The notes under the pieces were generated by a model that made no database searches, was not told the origin of the DNA, and saw nothing but the letters and a program-made list of their open reading frames with translations. A stretch of DNA of 55,557 bases from an uncultured Oscillospiraceae bacterium (GTDB lineage: Bacteria; Bacillota; Clostridia; Acetivibrionales; DTU013), in NCBI GenBank assembly GCA_964596445.1, contig CAZQUQ010000001.1:3357-58913 (forward strand), given 5' to 3'. This document shows positions 47,699 through 55,557 of the stretch, in pieces. Position 1 is the first letter of the stretch, and each line of letters begins with the position of its first letter. The translations under genes and the position numbers were made by a program.

Positions 47699-50600
47699 CT
47701 AAAAATCCTCATCGTCCAGATTATCTGCAAATTCCTCATCTTCAGAGAATAAGTCGTCTCCGAGCGAATCATCCAGATTGTCGGCGGAACTGCCAAAGTC
47801 TCCCATGTCGAACTCATCCATGCCGATATCCTCTTCCATAAGGTCGTCGCCAAGATCATCAAAATCGCTGATAGGCGTCTCATCCTCACGGCCTTCCATA
47901 TTTACGCTGAGCTCTTCAAGTTCATCATCGGCAGACTCCTTGATCGTGATCTCCTCACGCTCCTCTGAGTATACCTTCACATCCAGTGCAAGGGACTGCA
48001 ATTCCTTTATGAGCACCTTGAACGATTCCGGTATGCCAGGTTCGGGAACATTCTCTCCCTTTACGATCGACTCATAAGTCTTGACTCTTCCGACAACATC
48101 ATCCGACTTGACGGTGAGTATTTCCTGAAGCGTATATGCTGCACCGTATGCCTCGAGAGCCCAAACTTCCATCTCGCCGAATCTCTGGCCGCCAAACTGA
48201 GCCTTTCCTCCAAGAGGCTGCTGAGTGACGAGCGAGTACGGTCCTGTCGAGCGGGCATGTATCTTGTCATCTACGAGGTGTGCCAGCTTGAGCATATACA
48301 TATATCCGACGGAAACTCTGTTTTCAAACGGTCTTCCCGTTCTTCCGTCATACAGAATGGTCTTGCCGTCTTCATCCAACCCTGCCATCTTCAATGTTTC
48401 GACTATATCCTGTTCGGTCGCTCCGTCGAATACAGGCGTAGCTATCTTCCAGCCCAGCGCCTTTGCTGCATATCCAAGGTGTACTTCGAGCACCTGGCCT
48501 ATGTTCATTCGTGACGGAACACCGAGCGGGTTCAGCACGATTTCCAGCGGCGTGCCGTCAGGCAGGTAAGGCATATCCTCCTCAGGGAGGATCCTTGAAA
48601 TAACACCCTTGTTTCCGTGTCTTCCGGCCATCTTGTCACCGACGGATATCTTTCTTTTCTGCGCTATATAACACCTGACGAGCTGGTTCACTCCGGGCGG
48701 CAGCTCATCGCCGTTCTCCCTTGTGAACACCTTGACGTCGACTATTATTCCGGATTCGCCATGAGGCACTCTCAGTGACGTATCTCTTACTTCTCTTGCC
48801 TTTTCACCGAATATGGCCCTCAGCAGTCTTTCCTCTGCGGTCAGTTCGGTCTCTCCTTTTGGCGTAACTTTTCCGACCAATATATCGCCTGCTCTGACCT
48901 CAGCACCGATCCTGATTATGCCCCTGTCGTCAAGATCCTTCAGCGAATCTTCACTCACGTTGGGGATATCTCTGGTGATTTCCTCAGGTCCGAGCTTCGT
49001 ATCTCTGGATTCTGCTTCATATTCTTCGATATGGATAGATGTGAAAACATCCTCCTTGACAAGCTTTTCGCTTATCAGTATGGCGTCCTCATAGTTGTAG
49101 CCTTCCCAGGTCATGAATCCTATAAGGATGTTCTTGCCCAGCGCGATCTCGCCTTTGTCAGTTGAAGGTCCGTCGGCTATGACATCGCCCTTCTCGACCA
49201 CATCGCCCTTCCTTACTATAGGCCTCTGATTTATACAGGTCCCCTGATTCGATCTGATATATTTCAGCAGCTTGTAAACATCCTTTTTGCCGCCCTTTGT
49301 ACGGATCGTGATCTCACTTGCCGTGACCTTTTCCACAGTACCCGAATTCCGTGCCAGTATCACAGTGCCGGAATCCTTGGCAGCCTTATACTCTATTCCC
49401 GTTCCGACGATAGGCGATTCGGGCCTTATCAGAGGAACAGCCTGACGCTGCATGTTCGATCCCATCAATGCACGGTTGGCGTCGTCGTTTTCAAGGAACG
49501 GGATCATGGCGGTTGCGACCGAAACAAGCTGTTTCGGAGATACGTCCATATAGTCGACGCGATCCTTCTCGACCTCGAGTATATCGTCCCTGTATCTGAC
49601 GAGCACCTTATTGTCCTTGAAGCGGCCATTTTCATCAAGAGGCTCGTTTGCCTGCGCGATAATATATTTGTCTTCCTCATCCGCAGTGAGGTAATCTATC
49701 TGATCCGTAACGATTCCGGTGGATTTGTCTATCCTTCTGTACGGAGCTTCAATAAAGCCGTACTCATTTATCCTTGCATAAGTGCTCAGTGAACCGATCA
49801 ATCCTATGTTCGGGCCTTCAGGAGTCTCTATCGGGCACATGCGTCCATAGTGCGAGTGATGCACGTCACGAACTTCGAAGCCTGCCCTTTCCCTGCTGAG
49901 ACCGCCTGGACCCAGCGCGCTGAGCCTTCTCTTATGAGTAAGCTCTGCCAGAGGATTCGTCTGGTCCATGAACTGGGAAAGCTGGCTGCTGCCGAAAAAT
50001 TCTTTTATGGCGGCAGCTACAGGTCTGATGTTTATAAGAGCCTGCGGCGTCACGATGTCGATATCCTGTATCGTCATCCTTTCCCTGACTACCCTTTCCA
50101 TTCTGGCAAGACCGATCCTGAACTGGTTCTGAAGAAGCTCGCCGACGCAGCGCAGCCTTCTGTTGCCCAGATGGTCTATGTCGTCATCGTTTCCTATGCC
50201 GTAGTTCAGATGGATAAGGTAATTTATTGATGATATGATGTCCTCTTCAGTGATATATTTAGGTACAAGAGAATCCACATTTTCAATAATTGCCTTATGG
50301 AGATCCTCCTTGTCCTGGTTTTCCGCAATCAGCTGTTTGAGTACCTTGTATCTGACTTTTTCAGTGATGCCGGTATCCGTGATGTCAAAATCCACGAAAG
50401 CCTTCAGATCGACTGTGCCGTTGCCGATAACTCTTAACTTTCTGCCTTCTATATTAAGATATACGGAATCAATGCCCGCATTCTGTATCGCTTCGGCCTT
50501 TGTCCTGTCGATAAATTCGTCCTCATCCGCCAGTATCTCTCCGGTGATCGGACTTATGATCCTTTCAGCCGATTTATATCCTGTTATTCTCGATGAGAGC

Positions 50601-51439
50601 GAAAGCTTCTTATTGAATTTGAACCTGCCGAATTTGGCCAGATCATACCTTTTCGGGTCAAAAAACAGACTGTTCAGCAATGAAGTAGCACTCTCGACCG
50701 TCGGCGGTTCGCCGGGCCTGAGCCTCTTGTATATTTCGATGAGGCCTTCATCCTGTGATTTGGCATTGTCCTTCTGGATAGTGGACATTATCCTTTCGTC
50801 TTCACCAAGAAGCTCCGTTATCTGTAAATCGGTGCCATATCCAAGCGCGCGAAGAAGAACGGTTATGGGCAGTTTTCTTGTCCTGTCGATCCTGACATAC
50901 ATGACATCGTTCGAATCGGTCTCGTACTCGAGCCATGCACCGCGGTTGGGTATGATCGTGGCTGAAAAGAGCTGCTTGCCAGTTTTATCGAGTTTTTTGG
51001 AATAATACATTCCGGGCGACCTGACAAGCTGGCTTACAATGACCCTTTCTGCACCGTTTATGACAAATGTGCCGTTGTCGGTCATCAGCGGGAAATCTCC
51101 CATAAAGATTTCCTGTTCCTTGACCTCTCCGGTCTCTTTATTGATAAGGCGGACTTTTACCTTAAGAGGGGCTGAATATGTAGTATCTCTTTCTTTACAC
51201 TCCTCAACGCTGTACTTCGGGTTGTCGTCCTCCAGCTTGTAGTCTGGGAATTCCAGTATCAGGTTGCCGGTGTAATCCTGTATGGGAGAAACGTCCCTGA
51301 ACACCTCTCGAAGGCCCTCTTCCAGAAACCATTTGTAAGAGTTTTTCTGCACTTCGATGAGATTCGGCATATCCAGGACTTCACCTATCCTGGAATAGCT
51401 CATTCTGGTATTCCGGCCCAGTTGTACGGGATGTACCAT
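47699..51439 (-). CDS. rpoB: DNA-directed RNA polymerase subunit beta
   Basis: Canonical over the full length, including the wild-type rifampicin cluster [35 protein letters not shown] prefer ATG 51439 (GAGGTGA RBS 7 nt upstream) over track TTG 51442. There is an acidic C-terminal tail of about 88 aa. Confidence 0.98.
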   Translation of the reverse strand: MVHPVQLGRNTRMSYSRIGEVLDMPNLIEVQKNSYKWFLEEGLREVFRDVSPIQDYTGNLILEFPDYKLEDDNPKYSVEECKERDTTYSAPLKVKVRLINKETGEVKEQEIFMGDFPLMTDNGTFVINGAERVIVSQLVRSPGMYYSKKLDKTGKQLFSATIIPNRGAWLEYETDSNDVMYVRIDRTRKLPITVLLRALGYGTDLQITELLGEDERIMSTIQKDNAKSQDEGLIEIYKRLRPGEPPTVESATSLLNSLFFDPKRYDLAKFGRFKFNKKLSLSSRITGYKSAERIISPITGEILADEDEFIDRTKAEAIQNAGIDSVYLNIEGRKLRVIGNGTVDLKAFVDFDITDTGITEKVRYKVLKQLIAENQDKEDLHKAIIENVDSLVPKYITEEDIISSINYLIHLNYGIGNDDDIDHLGNRRLRCVGELLQNQFRIGLARMERVVRERMTIQDIDIVTPQALINIRPVAAAIKEFFGSSQLSQFMDQTNPLAELTHKRRLSALGPGGLSRERAGFEVRDVHHSHYGRMCPIETPEGPNIGLIGSLSTYARINEYGFIEAPYRRIDKSTGIVTDQIDYLTADEEDKYIIAQANEPLDENGRFKDNKVLVRYRDDILEVEKDRVDYMDVSPKQLVSVATAMIPFLENDDANRALMGSNMQRQAVPLIRPESPIVGTGIEYKAAKDSGTVILARNSGTVEKVTASEITIRTKGGKKDVYKLLKYIRSNQGTCINQRPIVRKGDVVEKGDVIADGPSTDKGEIALGKNILIGFMTWEGYNYEDAILISEKLVKEDVFTSIHIEEYEAESRDTKLGPEEITRDIPNVSEDSLKDLDDRGIIRIGAEVRAGDILVGKVTPKGETELTAEERLLRAIFGEKAREVRDTSLRVPHGESGIIVDVKVFTRENGDELPPGVNQLVRCYIAQKRKISVGDKMAGRHGNKGVISRILPEEDMPYLPDGTPLEIVLNPLGVPSRMNIGQVLEVHLGYAAKALGWKIATPVFDGATEQDIVETLKMAGLDEDGKTILYDGRTGRPFENRVSVGYMYMLKLAHLVDDKIHARSTGPYSLVTQQPLGGKAQFGGQRFGEMEVWALEAYGAAYTLQEILTVKSDDVVGRVKTYESIVKGENVPEPGIPESFKVLIKELQSLALDVKVYSEEREEITIKESADDELEELSVNMEGREDETPISDFDDLGDDLMEEDIGMDEFDMGDFGSSADNLDDSLGDDLFSEDEEFADNLDDEDF

Positions 51440-51803
51440 CAATAATCACCTCATAATTTTATGACTTGTTGTAAAATGACAACGTTACATGAAAGGCTTG
51501 CATTCATGCAATTCAACCGGACCACCGGCTCTATCCAGTGATATGCCGGTGTATATAAAAGCTTTTAGTAGTATTATTAAAAGCTTTTTGGGGCTGATCC
51601 ACAAGGCGCTTCGACAGTGAAATCATAATACTTATCACGAAATGATTTTTTTAGATTTCATTCGTCAAATTGCCCAAAACCACTAAATAATTATTAACAA
51701 TTCTTGTGTATTTTATTCTCCTGTGCTATAATCATTTTGTCGGTCGGTTCAGACCGTAAATTCCAAAAAAGCATACTTGTATCAGATTATAACGCAGTTT
51801 ATA

Positions 51804-51832
51804 ATTTTAACATACTGCATTGAACTTGTCAA
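51804..51832 (-). promoter_or_regulatory. consensus-like promoter of rpoBC, giving a leader of about 360 nt
   Basis: On the minus strand: TTGACA (51827-51832), 17-nt spacer, TAAAAT (51804-51809). Confidence 0.6.
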
Positions 51833-51864
51833 TGTGTTTTTCGTATTGGTTTTTTCATAAACAA

Positions 51865-51900
51865 CACAAAAAAATGCCCTGGTCGTAACCGGGGCATTTT
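51865..51900 (-). terminator. rho-independent terminator after rplL
   Basis: AAAATGCCCTGG / CCGGGGCATTTT hairpin (51871-51900), followed on the minus strand by a T-run. Confidence 0.8.
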
Positions 51901-51918
51901 CGTTGTTCTGATAAGTTC

Positions 51919-52308
51919 TTATTTGATTTCGATTGTAGCGCCGACTTCCTTGAATTTTGCTTCGATAGCAGCTGCATCTTCCTTGGAAACGTTCTCTTTA
52001 ACAGTCTTGGGGGCTCCGTCAACGAGATCCTTTGCTTCCTTGAGTCCGAGGCCGGTAACTTCTCTGACGACCTTGATGACCTTGATCTTGTCAGCGCCGA
52101 CATCCTTGAGGATAACGTTGAACTCAGTCTTTTCCTCAGCTGCGGGAGCTGCTGCTCCGGCTGCTGCTGCAGGAGCTGCTGCAACTGCTACGGGAGCTGC
52201 TGCAGATACGCCGAATTCTTCTTCAAGAGCCTTTACGAGCTCGGACAGTTCGAGAACTGTCAATGCCTTTACATCTTCAATCAGCTTTACAACTTTATCA
52301 CTAGCCAT
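51919..52308 (-). CDS. rplL: 50S ribosomal protein L7/L12
   Basis: 129 aa. Ala-rich hinge and a canonical C-terminal domain. Confidence 0.98.
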   Translation of the reverse strand: MASDKVVKLIEDVKALTVLELSELVKALEEEFGVSAAAPVAVAAAPAAAAGAAAPAAEEKTEFNVILKDVGADKIKVIKVVREVTGLGLKEAKDLVDGAPKTVKENVSKEDAAAIEAKFKEVGATIEIK

Positions 52309-52359
52309 TTTAAAATACCTCCATAATTTTTGATTTAATAATTAAATATTGTTTTATTA

Positions 52360-52893
52360 CTAAGCATTTGCTTTCTGTTCCGCTATTGCGTTGAGTGCCA
52401 CCACCAGGCCTCTGATATTTCCATTGAGTACATTGACGAGTCCTGATATCGGAGCGTTGAAACCACCGAGTACCTTTGCGATGCGCACTTCTCTCGGCGG
52501 CAGTTCGGCCAGCGACTTGATGCCGTTTACATCAATGATCCTGCCCTCTACAACGCCTACCTTGAGTTCGAGCTTATCAAACTTCTTTGCATATTCGTTC
52601 AGTACCTTTGCAGGAGCCACAGGGTCAGTATCGCTCGATGCCATTGATCTGCGACCGTTAAGATATGAGCTCAGGCCGGCAAGCCCGGTTTCCTTAGCAG
52701 CAAATCTCGTCAGCGTGTTCTTTACAACCCTGTATTCAACACCTGCTTTCCTCAATGCGCTCCGGAGTTCGGTATCCTGTTCCACGGTCAATCCTCTGTA
52801 ATCGGCAAAAACCATCGCCTTGGCTGATTTCATCTTGCCGCTTATGCTATCGATGACTTCCCGTTTCTGGTTAAGGGTGCTTTCCTTAGGCAA
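52360..52893 (-). CDS. rplJ: 50S ribosomal protein L10
   Basis: The start is moved to TTG 52891-52893, which is 7 nt after AAGGAGG. The 177-aa product has a typical L10 length. The 19-aa extension in the track ORF covers the attenuator and SD region. Confidence 0.93.
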   Translation of the reverse strand: MPKESTLNQKREVIDSISGKMKSAKAMVFADYRGLTVEQDTELRSALRKAGVEYRVVKNTLTRFAAKETGLAGLSSYLNGRRSMASSDTDPVAPAKVLNEYAKKFDKLELKVGVVEGRIIDVNGIKSLAELPPREVRIAKVLGGFNAPISGLVNVLNGNIRGLVVALNAIAEQKANA

Positions 52894-53122
52894 ACCATCC
52901 ACCTCCTTGATCAAATTAAAAACCCTTGTATATCTGCACACTGCAGACACACAAGGGGTTAATCACCAGAAAGGTGCCGGAGCATTGCTCCGTATATTAA
53001 CTCTTACCTCGGCAGGACGGCTGTTGTACCGATTACGCTTAATGCACCTGCTGTCTGCGGTATGCGACATATTCATTTTTGTGAACCTTGTTTATACTAC
53101 TATATTATTTGCCGATTGTAAA
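52894..53122 (-). promoter_or_regulatory. rplJ leader region (L10-leader-like cis-regulatory RNA) with its promoter
   Basis: Promoter TTTACA (53117-53122), 17-nt spacer, TAGTAT (53094-53099). It is followed by a GC-rich structured leader of about 190 nt ending in the attenuator hairpin. The position matches the Firmicute L10 leader. I could not verify the secondary structure against the family model. Confidence 0.55.
52918..52957 (-). terminator. attenuator-type intrinsic terminator inside the rplJ leader
   Basis: Minus sense: CCCTTGT...(inner TCTGCA-GTG-TGCAGA)...ACAAGGG followed by TTTTTAATTT. It lies directly upstream of the rplJ SD. Confidence 0.65.
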
Positions 53123-53132
53123 GCTTTTTTTA

Positions 53133-53828
53133 TCAGTCTGTAGCTCTGAGCGGATTGACCTTTATTCCGGGGCCCATCGTGGATGATACGACTACGCTCT
53201 TGAGATACTGTCCTTTTGCTGCTACAGGCTTTGCTTTTATGATGGCTTCCATCAGAGTACGGAAATTGTCTCCGAGCTTATCGAGATCGAAGGACACCTT
53301 TCCTATCGGGCAGTGGATAATGTTGGTCTTATCCAGCCTGTACTCGATCTTACCGGCTTTGATGTCTGCGATGGCCTTAGCAACGTCCATAGTGACCGTG
53401 CCTGCCTTCGGGTTCGGCATCAATCCCTTGGGACCGAGGACCTTGCCAAGTCTGCCGACGACACCCATCATATCAGGTGTTGCAACAACAACATCAAACT
53501 CGAACCAGTTTTCATTCTGTATCTTTGCCACAAGGTCTTCAGCGCCTACAAAATCTGCGCCGCCCTGTTCAGCTTCCTTTGCCTTGTCGCCCTTTGCAAA
53601 TACGAGCACTCTTACAGTCTTGCCCGTACCGTGCGGAAGTACTACCGCACCTCTTACCTGCTGGTCTGCATGTCTTGAGTCAACGCCGAGCTTTATGTGT
53701 GCTTCGACAGTTTCGTCAAATTTCGCTTTAGCTGTTTTCTTCACGAGATCCAAAGCCTGTGCCGGATCGTAAAGAGTCGTCTTATCAACCAGCTTTGCAC
53801 TTTCGATATATTTCTTTCCTCTCTTCAT
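53133..53828 (-). CDS. rplA: 50S ribosomal protein L1
   Basis: The start is moved to ATG 53826-53828 (GGGGAGG RBS). [16 protein letters not shown]... is canonical. The 29-aa track extension is rejected. Confidence 0.97.
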   Translation of the reverse strand: MKRGKKYIESAKLVDKTTLYDPAQALDLVKKTAKAKFDETVEAHIKLGVDSRHADQQVRGAVVLPHGTGKTVRVLVFAKGDKAKEAEQGGADFVGAEDLVAKIQNENWFEFDVVVATPDMMGVVGRLGKVLGPKGLMPNPKAGTVTMDVAKAIADIKAGKIEYRLDKTNIIHCPIGKVSFDLDKLGDNFRTLMEAIIKAKPVAAKGQYLKSVVVSSTMGPGIKVNPLRATD

Positions 53829-53972
53829 TATAATCCTCCCCTTAGTGGTAAATTCTTCGGAAACCCAGGTTCCCTCCCACATCGTCCGGACGGTCGATCC
53901 GATGATCACGGTCATCCGATCCGGTCTGTCTGGGCCAGCGGTCCATTCAAACTGGACAGCAGACCCGCACTA

Positions 53973-54398
53973 TCACTCTTCAACTACGATACCCATGCTT
54001 CTGGCTGTTCCAGCGATCATTCTGGCCGCTGAATCGATATTTGCAGCATTCAGGTCAGGCATCTTCAATTCGGCTATCTTTCTGACTTCCGCCATCGAGA
54101 TCTTCGCAACTTTTTCCCTGTTCGGCTTGCCTGAACCGCTTTCGATTTTGCATGCCCTCTTCAGAAGCACTGCAGCCGGAGGAGTTTTTGTGATAAAGGA
54201 AAACGATCTGTCGGCATAGACAGTAATGACGACAGGAATAATCAATCCCGCATCTTTCGCTGTTCTTTCATTAAACTCCTTGCAAAATCCCATGATGTTA
54301 ACACCATGCTGTCCTAAAGCTGGTCCAACCGGTGGAGCCGGAGTTGCCTTCCCCGCAGGAATCTGTAGCTTTACATAGCCAGCAATTTTCTTTGCCAT
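53973..54398 (-). CDS. rplK: 50S ribosomal protein L11
   Basis: 141 aa. [34 protein letters not shown]. Confidence 0.98.
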   Translation of the reverse strand: MAKKIAGYVKLQIPAGKATPAPPVGPALGQHGVNIMGFCKEFNERTAKDAGLIIPVVITVYADRSFSFITKTPPAAVLLKRACKIESGSGKPNREKVAKISMAEVRKIAELKMPDLNAANIDSAARMIAGTARSMGIVVEE

Positions 54399-54429
54399 GG
54401 CTTATTCCACCTCCCAATTCTTTTAAAAA

Positions 54430-54963
54430 CTATAACTTCTGTATCTGCGTCAGTTCCAGTTCGACCGGAGTCTCCCTGCCAAACATGGAAACAGCCACCC
54501 TTACCTTTTTCTTCTCGAAGTTTATTTCCTCGACAATGCCGATGAAATTCTCCAGAGGTCCGTCTATGACTCTGACACTGTCATTGACTTCATAATCAAG
54601 TACAGGAGCAAACTCTTCCACACCCATCGTACGCACTTCCTCATCGGTAAGCGGTACCGGTTTCGATCCGGGTCCGACAAAGCCGGTGACGCCTCTGGTA
54701 TTTCTAACGACATACCAGGATTCATCGGTCATGATCATTTTCACAAGGACATATCCGGGAAAAACCTTTCTCAATGTAGCTTTTTTCCTTCCGTCCTTGA
54801 TCTCGATCTGCTCTTCCATCGGTACGACGATGTCGAAGATGTAATCGTGCATGTTCCTGTTTTCAACTATCTTTTCCAAATTGGCCTTAACCTTGTTTTC
54901 ATAGCCGGAATAGGTATGCACAACATACCATTTGGCTATCTCAGGCATATCATTTACTACCAT
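54430..54963 (-). CDS. nusG: transcription termination/antitermination factor NusG
   Basis: 177 aa. KWYVVHTYSGYENKV (NGN domain) and a C-terminal KOW domain. AAGGAGG follows the secE stop directly. Confidence 0.96.
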   Translation of the reverse strand: MVVNDMPEIAKWYVVHTYSGYENKVKANLEKIVENRNMHDYIFDIVVPMEEQIEIKDGRKKATLRKVFPGYVLVKMIMTDESWYVVRNTRGVTGFVGPGSKPVPLTDEEVRTMGVEEFAPVLDYEVNDSVRVIDGPLENFIGIVEEINFEKKKVRVAVSMFGRETPVELELTQIQKL

Positions 54964-54984
54964 CAGGATCCATGTCCTCCTTGA

Positions 54985-55209
54985 TCACCTTGTCAGGGTC
55001 CATTCCACAAGCTTGCCCATAATTTCATCGGAAACCCATATAACAACACCGATCAGAAAACAGATCGCCAACACGGAGATCGTGCTTTTGATGAGCTGCT
55101 CTTTTGTCGGCCAGATGACCTTTTTGAGTTCAGCTTTGATATCCTTGAAAAATTTGGCTATCTTCTTTCCGAATGCAGCCAGTTTGGATGTGCGTGCATT
55201 TTCAGACAT
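54985..55209 (-). CDS. secE: preprotein translocase subunit SecE
   Basis: The start is moved to ATG 55207-55209 (GGAGGTG RBS). FFKDIKAELKKVIWPTKEQL followed by a single TM helix. Confidence 0.9.
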   Translation of the reverse strand: MSENARTSKLAAFGKKIAKFFKDIKAELKKVIWPTKEQLIKSTISVLAICFLIGVVIWVSDEIMGKLVEWTLTR

Positions 55210-55227
55210 AAAGTGCACCTCCGCGCA

Positions 55228-55377
55228 TTATTTCGTTTCCTTGTGTACTGTGTGCTTGTGGCAGAATTTGCAGTACTTCTTCATCTCGATTCTGTCCGGA
55301 TCGTTCTTCTTGTTCTTCATGGTGTTGTAGTTTCTCTGCTTGCAATCCGTACATGCCATAACTATCTTGACTCTCAT
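55228..55377 (-). CDS. rpmG: 50S ribosomal protein L33
   Basis: 49 aa from ATG 55375-55377 (GGAGGTG RBS). [49 protein letters not shown], a zinc-ribbon type with four Cys. Confidence 0.93.
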   Translation of the reverse strand: MRVKIVMACTDCKQRNYNTMKNKKNDPDRIEMKKYCKFCHKHTVHKETK

Positions 55378-55468
55378 TAAAACACCTCCAGCCCTGTGCC
55401 TGTGTCGCAGGGCGCACAGATTATTGTACGGACGCCGGTGTATCACACAGCGCCGATATTCACAGCAC

Positions 55469-55492
55469 AAAAAAAAGACCTCCGAAACGGAG
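55469..55492 (-). terminator. weak terminator-like hairpin plus U8 immediately downstream of that promoter
   Basis: Minus sense: CUCCG-UUU-CGGAG (55480-55492), then GUC and U8 (55469-55476). It lies about 90 nt upstream of rpmG. Confidence 0.4.
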
Positions 55493-55500
55493 CAATAACG

Positions 55501-55529
55501 AGTTTAACACATAACTACACCATTGTCAA
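55501..55529 (-). promoter_or_regulatory. promoter candidate for rpmG-secE-nusG
   Basis: On the minus strand: TTGACA (55524-55529), 17-nt spacer, TAAACT (55501-55506). Confidence 0.55.
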
Positions 55530-55557
55530 GGAATATGTTTCAGTTGCTTGCATATGT

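Noticed and set aside
51704-51732. Plus-strand promoter-like element TTGTGT-17-TGcTATAAT inside the rpoB leader, pointing antisense toward rplL
   Set aside because: The sequence match is good, but the region is very AT-rich, where such matches arise by chance. No ORF, structured RNA or terminator follows it before it runs into rplL antisense. It is worth a glance in RNA-seq data but is not supportable from sequence alone.
1-55557. Search for mobile elements, prophage, defence islands, toxin-antitoxin pairs, rRNA/tRNA genes and riboswitches
   Set aside because: No transposase, integrase, recombinase, phage structural, restriction-modification, cas or other recognisable defence genes appear among the ORFs. 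I saw no tRNA-like T-arm/acceptor patterns or rRNA segments. The lone XRE regulator at 2782-3255 has no adjacent small partner ORF. The leaders I inspected (proB, proA, PBP, pot, lon) are short or lack features I can assign to a known riboswitch. This scan was done by eye, so small ncRNAs could have been missed.

Overview
This 55.6-kb chromosomal window comes from a Bacillota (Firmicutes) genome, most likely a xylan-using member of the Clostridia. That placement is inferred from gene content and order, the frequent TTG/GTG starts with GGAGG-type ribosome-binding sites, and the presence of MecA, VanW/G5 and SpoIIE-type PP2C proteins.

Right third (38.9-55.4 kb, minus strand): the conserved transcription/translation supercluster rpmG-secE-nusG-rplK-rplA-rplJ-rplL-rpoB-rpoC-L7Ae-like-rpsL-rpsG-fusA-tuf. 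Internal promoters, terminators and an L10-leader-type attenuator are recognisable.

Middle (18.7-38.9 kb): a flavodiiron protein, a small-TM/MoxR/DUF58/DUF4129 operon, lon, and a co-directional envelope/signalling cluster (membrane PP2C phosphatase, TM+acidic-repeat+TPR protein, PRC-barrel protein, VanW/G5 protein). It also holds mecA, potABCD with an XRE-cupin regulator, and an orphan glycyl-radical activase.

Left (0-18.7 kb): a partial coiled-coil membrane protein, an M23 peptidase plus bactofilin pair, an XRE regulator and a class A PBP. It also carries a glucuronoxylan/aldouronate locus: GH67 alpha-glucuronidase, AraC regulator, URO-D-like protein, sugar ABC transporter and a YesMN-type two-component system. 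That locus is interleaved with a split proB / proA pair.

I found no rRNA, tRNA, CRISPR array, transposase, integrase or recognisable defence genes.

I did not find a convincing new multi-gene system. The best leads are:
- a perfect 62-bp tandem hairpin repeat filling the mecA/VanW spacer;
- an Ala in place of the invariant Gly of the DxxG motif of the str-operon EF-G;
- a GC-rich repeat-bearing spacer between rpoC and the L7Ae-like gene;
- a weak terminator-like hairpin immediately after the rpmG-secE-nusG promoter;
- the URO-D-like gene next to GH67;
- the two poorly understood clusters (PP2C-TPR-PRC-VanW and small-TM/MoxR/DUF58/DUF4129).

All domain and family calls rest on motif recognition by eye, not on database searches.
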